A DNA stretch of 64,000 nucleotides from the human T2T-CHM13v2.0 reference genome, Homo sapiens, in the NCBI RefSeq assembly GCF_009914755.1, contig NC_060925.1; one strand, given 5' to 3'. The notes below the pieces were generated by a model that was given only the letters and a program-made list of their open reading frames with translations, was not told the DNA's origin and searched no databases. Made by a program: the position numbers and the translations under genes. This document shows, piece after piece, positions 1 through 13,800 of this stretch (its first letter is position 1; the number at the start of each line of letters is the position of its first letter).

Positions 1-1353
<1,353 letters not shown>

Positions 1354-1877
1354 TAATAAAGCATTGAGAAACTAGCATTGAGAAACTCCCTGCCCTCAGG
1401 GAGCTTGCCTTCTCAAGTCCAGAGCCTCCAGGGGGCTGCGTGAACCAGGTGCAAATACAGTGAGGCTTTGTGCTCCGGCATCTGAGGCCCAGGAGACCTG
1501 GGGGCCTGGAGGGAAAATGGTGGCCTCATTTGTCCTGTGGCCGGGCCCTGACTAGATGGCCACAAATTTAGAATAGATCCCTGTCTTTGTGGTATTATAG
1601 CTGGGTATCCTGGAGCTTCCTGTGCCAAGCATTTAGCATCTCAGATCTTTGCATAAGTCTGTGATGTCAGTGCCATTGTTATTTCCATTTGATGGATAAG
1701 AAAGGCAAGGCCCAGGGTGGTTAACCAGCTGGCTCCAAGTTGCTCAGCTGTGGCTGCAGTAAGAGGTGGGATTTGAACCCAGCTTTCTCTGACTTTACCA
1801 AATGCTTTTTTCCCCCAACACCTGGATACCTCTAATTACATTTTATTAATACAGCTTTTTTTTTTTTTTGTTTTTAA

Positions 1878-2000
<123 letters not shown>

Positions 2001-3986
2001 TGAGCACTGTATTAGTCCTACATACCTGGCTAATTAATACTAGGATTTAAAAAAAAAAGTTTGAAGCAATGATCACATAAAAAATGTTTTCTGTGTGCTG
2101 CTTATTTTGACCTGAGTTCTGAGGAAGGCGATGGGACCAGCTGCCACAAGGCGAAGCTGCCTTGCCACCTGGGGCCTTGCAGGGTTGAGCCCCGAGCACA
2201 GGGGCCCTGGTAGTTGAGCTCTGCCTGACCTGGTCATTCTGAAATCAGGGGCCCCTCCCAGGAAGGCTGCGGGCCCAGGAGAGCAGCGAGGCAGGCTCAG
2301 AATTGGGGCTTGAGATGACTCATCTGTGGCTATTTATTACCCGTCTCCATTTCTCGGTCTGATTGGGCTGCTCATGGCCAAGCCTCCCTCCCTGTTGGTG
2401 CTGAGTAAGCAGCCTGGACCCGTCCTGCCCCTCTGGCCTCATCTGGAGCTCTCTCCTTTCCCTGTCAGTAACCCTCGGGCCCCCCTGGGGCCACTGAAAG
2501 TTCCCCCAGCCACCCTCAGCGAGCTCTTCCCAGCAGTCCCACTCTTTGCTGTTCTCACCCCTTTCTCCCCAGCCTGCTCCTTCTTTCAGGTCTCAGCTTG
2601 AGCCTCACCTCTGCCAGGAAGCCCTCACTGACCACTGCATCCACCCCACCACAGTCTGGGTAGGTGGCCGCTGACAGGTGCTCCTAAAGCCCCTGCCCTC
2701 CCTCAGTAGTCCCTCCTCACCCCAGCTGAAGGCAACGTCACTCTTCCAGTTTCCCAGGCCAAACCTTTGCCTCATTCTCGCACACATCCAATCCTTCAGT
2801 AAATCCCATCCCCAAAGTTCACCCCTAATCCGGCCCCTTCCCTCTCCCACAGCTCCCTCCTGGCCCCAGCCTCCACCCCCTCCACCCTGGATGCTTCAGT
2901 TGCCCCTGCCTGCTCTCCCCTCTCTCGTCCTCCCCCTCTTTTCCTGGGCCATCTATTTCCCACGCAACAGCCGGAGTGACCCGGACAACCCAAGTCAGGC
3001 CATGCCCCTCCCTGATCCAAACTCCTAGTGGCTCCCATCCCTCTGAGGGCAAAAGCCTTGTTCACTGATGAACCCCAGCACCTATCCTGGGGCCTGGTAC
3101 CCATATGCCTGTAGAAGTGTTTGTTTAAATGAATATTAATCCATGGCGTTGCCTCTTAAGCAGGGATGTGTTCCTTTCGTCCAAGCGTTCTTGCTCCTAT
3201 AGGCACATTAGACACTGCAGCAAGAGCAGGTCTCATAGGAGTGGTCCTGGCAGAGCCCCAGGTCTTGCTGGGCACCAGGTCTGCTTGACAGACCACACAG
3301 GCCTGGATGGTCAAGTGCTGGTCCCTGGAGTACAAGGAAGGGACCCCAGGGGTCAGTGTCTACCCATATCCGTAGATGCTATCAACAGGTTCTTTTTTTT
3401 TTTCTTTTTCTTTTTTTTTAGAGTCAGGGCCAGGCTGACTGTTATTCAGGCTGGAGTGCAGTGGCATAATCATGGCTCACTACAGCCTTGAACTCCTGGG
3501 CTCAAGCAATCTTCCCACCTCAGCCTCCTGAGTAGCTTGGACCGCAGGTGTGCGCCATGACGCCCGGCCGCCACCAATATGTTCTTTCCTTGGCTCAGTT
3601 CAATGGCCCCTGCAGAGCCGGAAGGCCTGGCTCAGAAAGAACCCTGGCGCCTGTGCAGTGTCAGTGCAAGCCAAGGCAGTGGCTGCTGTTTCCACTGCCA
3701 AGCATGAGAGTGGGACGCCAGCCAGTGGCCGGGCTCAGGCCCCAAGGAAACACAAGGTGGGCTGCTGCTTTGGGGACGTTGTTTGGAGTCACTTGAAATG
3801 CAAGAGTGACCCCCAGAACACACAGGCCCCCCAGGAGGTGGATGTGGGGTAGACAGCACAGGCCATTTCTTGCTAAGCATTTATTTCCACACTATCTCCT
3901 TGGACAGATAACAGGATTGTTTTCAGGTAATAGGTAGATAAGCTGGCCGGGCATTGGGGATGATGGATGCTGAGTCTGGGAGGCAA

Positions 3987-4086
3987 GTGTGTGCTCACAC
4001 AGATGTGTACGTGTGTGTGCATGTGTGTGTGCCTATGTGTACGTGTGTGTGCATGTGTGTGTGCATATGTGTATGTGTGTGTGTGC
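3987..4086. repeat. Imperfect (TG)n / alternating purine-pyrimidine microsatellite
   Basis: gtgtgtgcatgtgtgtgt... runs. Confidence 0.9.
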
Positions 4087-6306
4087 AGCACTGAAACAGG
4101 CCGCTGACCGCTCCCAAAGCCCTGATGTTCCATCAGCCTCTGCAGTCACAGCCAAGCAGACCCTTGAGACCCCTGCCATCTGCCTCCCTTGCCAGAGTCT
4201 GAAAGCTTGGGGTCAAGGCTTTGCTCCCCTGGTGACAGGCCTGGAAAAGGAAAATGATAGCAAGCAGCAAATACACACAATAAAGCCGGGCGAGGGCAGA
4301 GGGGCCGGGTGGGGGCTCAGGAGGCTGGGGCCTGGGGGCTGTCCCTGCACTGACTGGCTGTGGGACTTTGGCCTCAGGGTCGGTGTAACTGGGGTAGGGG
4401 AGCGGTTGCTGGATGTGGCGACCCCCACCTCAGCTCTCACACTCTGGCCAGTGTCTGATGCAAACCAGAACCCAGTGAAATCACCATGAGTCGATGGGGG
4501 TTATGGATGGTAACTGATGGGTTTTTCTCAGGCCAGATCACAGTTCCAGTCTTCAGGGGGAGGTCCCCATGAGTCTCCAGATCTAGCTGAGGCTTGAGTT
4601 GTGGCCACGCCTTAGTTTCTCCACATTGCCAGGGTTTTGTGTCTGGTGAGCCCCAGGCCAGACTGGGCCTTCAGGCCTCCTGCCTCCTGTTTGGAGGGAG
4701 GGATGATTCTGGGAGTGGGGCAGACCCACTCCCAGCCACATGGAGGGAATGACCAGGGAGATTCCAGAGGGATTTTCTGAATGAATGCCATATGCTGATG
4801 GGCAGCTCCTGCTAGGAACAGGGTCCCTGCTGGCACTTTCTGCAGGCACCCACGGCATGGATGATGGCGCAGATGGGCTGGCAGCATGGCTGTGTTCCGG
4901 GTTTCACTTTCAGAGCAGTACCTGCCCTTCTCAGCCTTGCTTGGTGTTCTTGGAACACCCCTAGACCAGCCCCAGAAGGTGAGTCTGACGTCCGCCATGT
5001 CTGCTAGGACCCCTGTCCTTGGTCATTCAAGTCATTCAATAAAGATTCATGAAGCCAAGCCCTGCTTATGTCAGTGGACCAGACAGACACAATCCCTGCT
5101 CCCCAGGCGGGGAAAGTTAGCAATGAGCAAATAAACGATGCCACACTGTGGTACGTCCCTGATGAACAGGGCGATGTGGCAGAGAGTGGTAACATCAGCT
5201 GGGGTGGTCAGGAAAAGCCTCTCTGAGGAGGTTCATCTGAGCCAACACCTGAAGATGAGCAGGAGCTGCGGTTTTAAAATGTGTGTGTGTTAATAGCTTC
5301 ATTGAGGTATAATAGACACACAGTAATCTTGACCAACTTAAAGTATACCATTTTGTAAGTGTTGGCATGTATATACATCCTTCTCCACAACCAAGATGAC
5401 CACTATATCTGTCACCCCAGAAGTTTTCTCAGAGGGACAACACTTTGCAGAGCTGGGGGAACAAGTTTTCAGGCGGAGGGACCAGCGAGCACAAAGGCCC
5501 TGGGGCAGGGACAAGCTTGGTGGCATCAGGAGAGAAAGGAGTCCACTAGGGAGTGTGACGGGGTGGCCGGTGCCCCACCTGGGGCCTTCTCAGCCAAGGT
5601 GCTGAGCTCAGGTCTGAATCTAAGTGCTTCCACAACACCCTCTCGCCACACTGGGCCATCAGAATGCCAGGGCCTGCCCTCCACCAAGGCTCTTCTGAGA
5701 AACCAGCCCCTGCGACATCTGCCAGGGACTTAGCAAGGGGTTTCTCCAGGAATGATTTACATTTTAACTGGGACCTTCAATTCCTTGACCCAAGGGAGTG
5801 ACTAGTGATGGAGCTTCAAGACCTGGATGGACCCTTGATCAGTTTCTTCCTCAGGGCTCTATGTTCTCAGCCTTCATGGGATCGGGTGTGCTGGTTTCTT
5901 GAAAATTCTGAGTTGCAAGTCATTATTTGAAGACAGGGGTGCCTGTGGCCCCTTCCAATCCTCCAGCGCTGGTCCTGGGCTCGGAGGCTCTTCCTGCCTG
6001 ATTGTCAGAGACTCGGCCCATGTGGAGGAGACAGGGAGGGTGGGTAACGGGAAACACAAGGCCAATCCCCTTAGAGCAAACTCCCTTACAACAGATGGCT
6101 CTGGGGGAGCACAGAGCAGGTCCCAGGCACCAAGAAATGTGGGCTATCCTTTGGCCATCAGGACGACGGGATTTGGGGATGCAAGTTTTAGCAACTGCGA
6201 CCACCAGGGCAGAGGCTCACTCTAGACTCACAAACCTGGGTTTGAATCTGGAACTTACTGGATGGCTTAGGCCAATTTCTTCTCTGAGCATCCGTTTTCC
6301 CATGGA

Positions 6307-6598
6307 TTTTTTTTTTTTTTGACAGGGTCTGGCTCTATCACCCAGCCTGGAGTACAGTGGTGCAATCGTGTCTCACTGCAGTCTTGACCTCTAGGGCTCA
6401 AGCAGTCCTCCTTTCTCAGCCTACCAAGTAGCTGGAATTACAGTAAGTACCACCACACTTGGCTAATTTTTGCATTTTTAGTAGAGATGGGGTTTTGCTA
6501 TCTTGCTCAGGCGGGTCTCAAACTCCTGGGCTCAAGCAATCTGCCCCTCTTGGCTTCCCGAAGTGCTGAGATTACAGATGTGAGTCACCGCACTCGGC
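6307..6598 (-). mobile_element. AluJ
   Basis: Antisense Alu with J-type ctcaagcaatctgccc. Confidence 0.85.
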
Positions 6599-7149
6599 TT
6601 TTCTTGGACTTTTACTCTCAGACCTCCCTGCACGGACGCACCCATGGGTGCGCTCTCCTCGCCTGCACCTCCGATGAAGCTGCTGCCACCATCGGTTGGT
6701 TCCATTTCCTTCTTGCACTCAGTGTCTCTGGTTCCATGATTAATATTGGACTAGGCTTGGTTTCCTGAGAGTCTAAATGACTCACCTCCAACTCACCTCC
6801 ATTTACAACGGCCCTGCTGAGCAAGAAGGTCTGGGGAAGACGGGGACTCCTCGATAGGGACTCTCAGCCCACGGAGTCATCCCCACCAGGCTGTGGGCCT
6901 TGGCCAAGTCTCTTTCCCTCTCTGGTCTCAGCTTCCTTCTTCGTGTCTCTGGGGGATGGAAGGAGATATTGGAAATCGGAAAGCCCAGCTGCTAGGCCCA
7001 GGAGTTCATGAGGGTTCACAGCCATGAGGCCAAGGTTAGGTGAAAGGTGCCTGAGCTGGGAGGCTGGCTGCCACTAAGGGAAGGGCTTGGGGGATGGGGG
7101 CCCCCTCCAGAGGCTCCAACTGAGAGAGCATGGCCTTCCCATGGTGCTA

Positions 7150-8820
7150 GTCACATCAACCTGTTTAATCCTCACCAGCCCTTTGCAGTAGATCTTATCA
7201 TTTTCCCATTATAGATGAAGAAATGGAGGCTCAGAGAGGGTGAGCAACTTGCCCGATTTACACAGCTAGTAAATGGCAGAGATAGCATTTGACCAGGGCT
7301 GTCTGGTTCTAGGACCTCTGGCAGCCAGAGGAACAGAGCTGTAAATGCTCTGCAGGAGCCGCCAGGCCCAGAGGAATCCAGGCCTCCCCTCTTCCCCACC
7401 GGGGCCTTGCAACAAAAGGACTTCTAAGCAGATCATTGACCCTAGCCCCCCCATTTTACAGATGAGGGCACTGAGGACCCCCAAGAGAAAGTCATGCAGC
7501 TAAATGCCAACCTGGGCCACACTGGGGCTCCTGACTTTCCATCTAGTCTTTCCACACCTATCAAGCTGGAGCCAAGACTGAGCCCAAATCTGGTGCCAGA
7601 GGTTGGGGGAAGTGTTCCCACAGAGACTGTGTGACCAGCAGGCTGGGCCATGGAGGTGTAGGAAGTGGTCACCCACCTGACATCACCTGAGGGGCCAGGA
7701 AAGGCCTCAGACCCCCAAGGTTCCCTCCTGTGGGCCTGCCCTGCATGAGTCACCCCTTGGCTGGAACAGTGGATGTCATGGTAGCATGTTTCTCAGAAAG
7801 GGGAACCCCCAGCCATGAGCATTTTAGCTGTGCTCTGGAATGGGAGGTCTGGGGCCATAGCAGGGGCCTGGATAGGCAGTGGGAGGGGGCAAAGGGAAGT
7901 AGAGCCCTTTCCATGTCTTTCTTGCATTTCCAAGAGCTTTCTATGTCCATATTTTATTCAAGGCCCATTACAACCTTCAGAGGGCAGCCCAGTCATGCTT
8001 CAACACACATCTGGCAGAAGGGGAAACTGATGCTCCCAGTGTTCCCCAGCCCCTGGTATTCATGCCCTTGTGCAGTCCGCTCCCACACTGGGGAGAGCCA
8101 GCCTGTATAACCAACAGAATACTGTGGAAATGACAAAATGTGACTTCTGAAGCTAGTTCATAAAAAGCATTGTGACTTCTGTCTTGCTCACTTGGGGTCA
8201 CTTGCTCTGGAGGAAGCCAGCGCCATGTTGTGGGGACACTCAAGCAGCCCCATGGGACTGAAGCCTCCTACCCACAGCCGTGGGAGTGGCTAATCCTGGA
8301 AGCAGATGCTCCAGCCCCACTCAAGCCTTCAGATGACTGCCGCCCTGGCCCACATCTTGATGGCAATCCCTGAGCCAGCATCACCCTGTCAAGTCTCTCC
8401 CAAATTGCTGACTCACAGAAACAGCGCAATATAATGTTTATTGTTTTCAGCCACTAGGTTCTGAGGCACATAGCAATAGATAATAATACATTCAGAGAGG
8501 AGAAATGACTTCCCAAAGTCACATGGCCAGACCAGGACTTATACATCAGTGCTCTTTCTCCTGGGGAAAGCAAGGGTGAGAGAGGCCTGGGGAGGGAAAA
8601 GAAGGCAGCTGAGGCTTCAGAGTCAGACAGGGTTGGAGTAAATCCTAGCCCTGCCACCCTCATGCTGTGTGACCTCAGGCAAGTGACTTAACTACTCTGA
8701 GCCTCAGTTCATTTATAAAGTGGGGATAGCAATACTGACTTGAAATCTTGATGCCAGGATTAAATGTCTGACCAAGGGCCTGGTACACAGCAGGAGCTCA
8801 ATGAATGACACTGTTAATGT
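7150..8820. mobile_element. MIR fragments (~7150-7330, 7440-7540, 8600-8820)
   Basis: MIR core ccattttacagatgag..., tgtgtgacctcaggcaagtgacttaactactctgagcctcagtt. Confidence 0.65.
8030..8490 (+). mobile_element. MaLR LTR (MLT1E/F-like)
   Basis: gccttcagatgactgc...ctgactcacagaaac...ttgttttcagccacta...gcaatagataataataca. Confidence 0.7.
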
Positions 8821-9184
8821 TACTATGCAGAATCTTTAAGAGCATCCCCGAGGGCCTCACAGCCTTCCCTCCTGCCCATGGGAAGGGGCACAACAAACCT
8901 AGTTCTGGAGAGCCAGTGCCCCTTTGCTTAGTTTCCAACCAGGCTTGGTCTAGGGGTGTCATGCTTGTGGGTGTGCATTGCTGGGGTTCACCCAGGCAGC
9001 TGAGAACCCCTAATGTTGGTGCCTCAAAAGGGCAGGGAGATCTGGGGATGTGAGTTGGAGGGAGCCTGACATGGGTCCTGCCGATTAGGACTGGTGGAGG
9101 CCAAGGGTGACCCAGAGAAGCCTAATGGAGAGTCCTACTGCTACCAAGGCTCCCAAGAAAGTTGCTCAGAAAAGGTGCACCTGC

Positions 9185-9490
9185 GGCTGGGCGCGGTGGC
9201 TCTTGCCTGTAATCCCAGCACTTTGGGAGACCAAGGCATGCAGATCACTTGAGGTCAGGAGTTCAAGACCAGTCTGGCCAACATGGTGAAACCCTGTCTC
9301 TACTAAAAATACAAAAATCAGCTGAGTGCAGTGATGCTCGCCTGTAATCCCAGCTACTCGGGAGGCTAAGCATGAGAATCGCTTGAACCTGGGGAGGGGG
9401 AGGTTGTAGTGAGCCGAGATTGCACCACTGCTCTCCAGCCTGGGCAACAGAGTGAGACTCCATCTCAAAAAAAAAAAAAAAGAAAGAAAG
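9185..9490 (+). mobile_element. AluS with 16-bp TSD AGAAAAGGTGCACCTG
   Basis: TSD at 9168-9183 and 9489-9504. Confidence 0.92.
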
Positions 9491-10859
9491 AAAAGGTGCA
9501 CCTGGACCTATTGAAGAAGAAAGGCCCCAGCCTCCCCTCTCTGATTTCCAGCCTCCTACCTGCCAGCTGCTGCCTGGGCCAGAAAGAACCCTTTATCTGC
9601 TAAGGGTATTTTGGGGCCATTTGGGACTCGGGTTCCCAGCTGTTGGAGGAAGTCCCTGAATTTCCTGAACCAAGTTGGGACCTTGTGTCTTGCTCAGCAT
9701 CACTTTGGGGACACAGATTCCCAATTCCCCTTGGATGGCTTCCTACTGCATTCACCTTCCTCACCTTTCCTCCAAGAAGCCCACCGAGCTGAGACTGTGT
9801 GAGCAAGCGCTCCTCGCTCCCCAGTCTCCTGTAGCCCCTCGGGCTTGGCTTCCTTCCACAGCTTGCTCTGGAGGGCCCCACGACCCCACAACAAGGACTG
9901 CTGCTGTGCCTTGCACAGAGCCTAGGGACTTCCCCTTCTACTCTTCACAGCACTTTCATACCACCTGAAACCTGCCGAGGGCACCCGGGGGCTCTATCCA
10001 CTGCCTGCTTTTAAGAGTCCCATGAATGGCTGTTTTCCTTGGTTGCTACCAGCCCATCTCCCCCTGGGATCCAGCTGGCTCCCTGGCCACAAAATGTGCC
10101 TTCCCTCCACTTAAGCCATGTGTCAGCTACTTTCCTGGGCGCCCTGGGGGAATTCTGGTTCTCAGGAGTACACAGTTTCCTGGGGCAGAGGGATGCATGA
10201 ACCAGTCATTATGGTTATGACATGATGAGATCAGATCTAGAATTGCGGCACAAAAAATGACAGAAACCACTTTTTGACTGGGAAGAGGGCTGGGGGACAG
10301 GAGACACTGCCAGGAAAGCAACAAGGAGGAGGTGGCATTGGAACAGGTTAGGAAGATGATCAGGAGTCTGTGTGCGTCCCAGGTGGAGGCCAGCGTGGGC
10401 AAAGGCTGGCAGGGGTGAGAAGGCTGCACATTTGGCTGGAGTATAGGTCCAGGAGAAGTAAAAAGGCACAAGGGAGGAGTCAGCCCCTGCCAGGCTGTGA
10501 GCAGACTTGTGCACCCTTGCATTTGGGTGACTCTGACCCAGGGGAGCCACTGCAGGGGTTCCTTTCCTGCAGAATGGGCATAAAAGTAGGACCTTGTTCA
10601 TGGGGTTTTCATGAGGATACAAGAAACCAATGCCTGAAAACTCTTAGCACAAAATAAGCACTCAAAGGTAGCTGTTATTGTTATCATTAAATGAATAATA
10701 TAATTTTCTACGTGGTCCTCTGCCAAAACACACACCATACTTCCGCAAGGGTTCTCTACAGGGGAGTGTCTTGGTGAGATGTGTGTGCTAGAAAGGTCTC
10801 TTTGGAAATCCATGGAGGGAAGGATATGAGGGAGAGACAAGTTTCCACAACATCTATAG

Positions 10860-11560
10860 ATTTATCCTTTTTAATGGATGTGCAATATTCCATTAAATGG
10901 ATGTACCACAATTTCCGTAATCATTTCTTGTTGTGAATCTCAGAGTATTTCAAAAATTTATAAATAATATATAAGGAAATGTTACTGTATAGTTTTCTTT
11001 TTTCTTTTTCTAGTTTTCCAGTTAAATTATTTCCTTAGTTTTTCTTCACTGAGGTGAAATTACTGAGCCACTCACAAGTAGTACACATTTTTTTTTTTTT
11101 TTGGCTTTTGCTAAAAATTGCCATACTGCTTTCTGAAAAGGGTTGTAACATTTACCAGCAGAGTATGAATGAGTATTCTGGTCTCACCACAACTTTGGGG
11201 TTGGATTTACCAAAATTGTTTTTATAAAGCAAAAAAAAAAAAATGATGATTGTATAGATCTAAAAGGTTATCAAAGGTTGCTTGAATTTGCATTTCTTTA
11301 ATTACTAAAAAGGTTAAACTTATAAAACTTGTAATTGATTTTTATTTGTATTTCTCCTTGTGCAAGCTATTTTGATGCTGTTGTTCATTTATTTATTCAA
11401 AACACCAGCCCTTCTCTCTCTCTCTTTTTTAATTAAACAAAAAATAGAGATGAGGTCTTGCTACGTTACCCGGGCTGGTCTCAAACTGGGCTCAAGTGAT
11501 CCTCCAACCTCGGCCTCCCAAAGTGTTGGGATTACAGATATGAGCCATGTCACCCAGCTG
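10860..11560 (-). mobile_element. Old L1ME remnant followed by an Alu monomer (11445-11560)
   Basis: AT-rich sequence with tattccattaaatggatgtaccacaattt and ttgaatttgcatttctttaatt. Confidence 0.55.
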
Positions 11561-12350
11561 CCAGCTTTTCTACTTTTGTAGTAGAAAGCTCTGGACTGGG
11601 AAGCAGGTGTCTTGCGTTCCTCCTGTCCCTGTCTGGTTCTGTCATTATCACAGGCAGGTCACTTCCATAATTGCTTACCTCATTGTTTAACATAGTCCCA
11701 GCTCAAACAGCCTAAGATACTGGGCCTGGTACATCCAGAGGAGAGTCTGGAAGTGGGTCTCTTGGGAAGGGGCATGATGGAGCAGTTTTCCCAAGTGGAG
11801 TCCAGCAGCCCCAGGAGGGTTGAGCATGGAGTGGTCAGTTGTGGAGACCTTGCTGGGAAGTTCCTGGTGGGAGGTTATCACTCCTACCCTATAGGGCCTT
11901 CACCTGATGGAGGCCTGGTACCTCGCAGGACAGATCAAGGTAGACACAGAAGCCAGAGTATCCTTAGGCTATTCTGGGCTCAGGGAAAATAACTGGCCCA
12001 CCCTTAATTAGAGCACCTAGGACTGCCTGCCTATTTCTGAGCCTTGGCTTTCACATCTGAAAACCAAACAAAATCAGTCAAAAGAACCCTTGACCTGTGG
12101 CCCACCCAGCAGATGCTCAACACAGACACACGGAATGTGGAATAAAAGGAGCAAAGAGAAAACCCAGGGGATGGGGAAGCACTGGAAGGGAAAATCATTC
12201 ACCAGCAAATGAGAACATAGTACGAGGAGGCTTGAATCATTTCTGTTAGGAGAGAGTGCCAGCCGCCTCCTCCAGGAAGAAAACTCTAAAGGGTCAGGCC
12301 TCAGGGAAATAAAATGATCTATACCATCCATCAGTTCCTCCAACATTCAG

Positions 12351-13060
12351 TCCATCCATCTACCAATCCACCCACCCATTTACCCACTCACCTGCTGCTC
12401 ATCCATCCATCCATCCATCCACCTATGCATCCATCCATCCATCCATCTATGCATCCATCCATCCACCCATCCACCCACCCATTTACCCACTCACCTGCTG
12501 CTCACCCATCCATCCATCCATCCATCCATCCATCCATCCATCCATCCACTTATGCATCCATCCATCCACTTATGCATCCATCCATCCATCCATCCATCCA
12601 TCCATCCATCCATCCACCTATGCATCCATCCATCCATCCATCCATCCATCCATCCATCCATCCATCCACTTATGCATCCATCCATCCATCCATCCATCCA
12701 TCCATCCACCTATGCATCCATCCATCCATCCATCTATGCATCCATCCATCCACCCATCCACCCACCCATTTACCCACTCACCTGCTGCTCACCCATCCAT
12801 CCATCCATCCATCCATCCACTTATGCATCCATCCATCCATCCATCCATCCATCCACTTATGCATCCATCCATCCATCCATCCATCCATCCATCCATCCAT
12901 CCATCCACCTATGCATCCATCCATCCATCCATCCATCCATCCATCCATCCATCCACTTATGCATCCATCCATCCATCCATCCATCCATCCATCCATCCAT
13001 CCATCCACCTATGCATCCATCCATCCATCCATCCATCCACCAATTTATCATCCACTCACT
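12351..13060. repeat. CD30 promoter (CCAT)n compound microsatellite with CCACYTATGCAT spacers
   Basis: Runs of CCAT separated by CCACTTATGCAT/CCACCTATGCAT; known polymorphic repressive element of the CD30 promoter. Confidence 0.95.
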
Positions 13061-13066
13061 GATTCA
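13060..13066. promoter_or_regulatory. AP-1-like site TGATTCA at the 3' edge of the microsatellite
   Basis: Motif seen; position about -375 from the inferred TSS fits the described AP-1 site that relieves microsatellite repression (recalled, not verified). Confidence 0.6.
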
Positions 13067-13379
13067 TTTTACAGCAAATGCTTATGAATGGGGATGGGTG
13101 GGTGATGGTTGCTTTTTCTGCAGTCTCCCTAGGCCAGTTGTCCCTTCCAAAGAATCTCAAGGGCATGGGAGAAGGTCCTGGCTGATCGTGTCAGGGACAG
13201 GAAACTACTCACATTTCACCGTTTCTTGGGGCAGGAGTGGAGGTGGGGGCATTGGAACCCCCTTGGGGCCTCCTAATATCCTGTGAGTCCCCACCTCCAG
13301 GGCCAGAAGCTGCCTGCCTCCGCTCCCCGCAGCCCAGGTGCGGCGGGCAGCACACTCCCTAGAGCCAGGACCACTAGTT

Positions 13380-13510
13380 CCGTCAAATCCGGGGCGGGCC
13401 ATTCAAACAGCTAAGGGAGGCGTCTCCTAGTGTGCCTTTTCCTGAGTCATCTCTGCACGTGTTTGCCCCCTTTTTTCTTCGCTGCTTGTAGCTAAGTGTT
13501 CCTGGAACCA
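13380..13510 (+). promoter_or_regulatory. TATA-less CD30 core promoter: Sp1 box GGGGCGGGCC (13391-13400), AP-1 TGAGTCA (13443-13449), E-box CACGTG (13456-13461), STAT GAS TTCCTGGAA (13499-13507)
   Basis: Motifs read directly; consistent with known Sp1, AP-1 (JunB) and STAT3 control of CD30. Confidence 0.8.
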
Positions 13511-13737
13511 ATTTGATACGGGAGAACTAAGGCTGAAACCTCGGAGGAACAACCACTTTTGAAGTGACTTCGCGGCGTGCGTTGGGTGCGGACTAGGTGG
13601 CCGCGGCGGGAGTGTGCTGGAGCCTGAAGTCCACGCGCGCGGCTGAGAACCGCCGGGACCGCACGTGGGCGCCGCGCGCTTCCCCCGCTTCCCAGGTGGG
13701 CGCCGGCCGCCAGGCCACCTCACGTCCGGCCCCGGGG
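13434..13737 (+). other. TNFRSF8: TNFRSF8 5' UTR (exon 1 non-coding part; TSS approximate)
   Basis: ATG-free GC-rich stretch between the GC box and the start codon; TSS inferred roughly 40 bp downstream of the Sp1 site. Confidence 0.7.
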
Positions 13738-13800
13738 ATGCGCGTCCTCCTCGCCGCGCTGGGACTGCTGTTCCTGGGGGCGCTACGAGCCTTCCCACAG
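13738..13800 (+). CDS. TNFRSF8: TNFRSF8 (CD30) coding exon 1, signal peptide MRVLLAALGLLFLGALRAFPQ
   Basis: ATG at 13738; hydrophobic signal peptide matching the CD30 N-terminus; donor CAG|GTAAGC at 13800/13801, phase 0. Confidence 0.98.

Noticed and set aside
12314-13286. Long ORFs rich in HPSI / MDGW repeats (257 aa, 244 aa and others)
   Set aside because: Translations of the (CCAT)n microsatellite; no splice or coding signal
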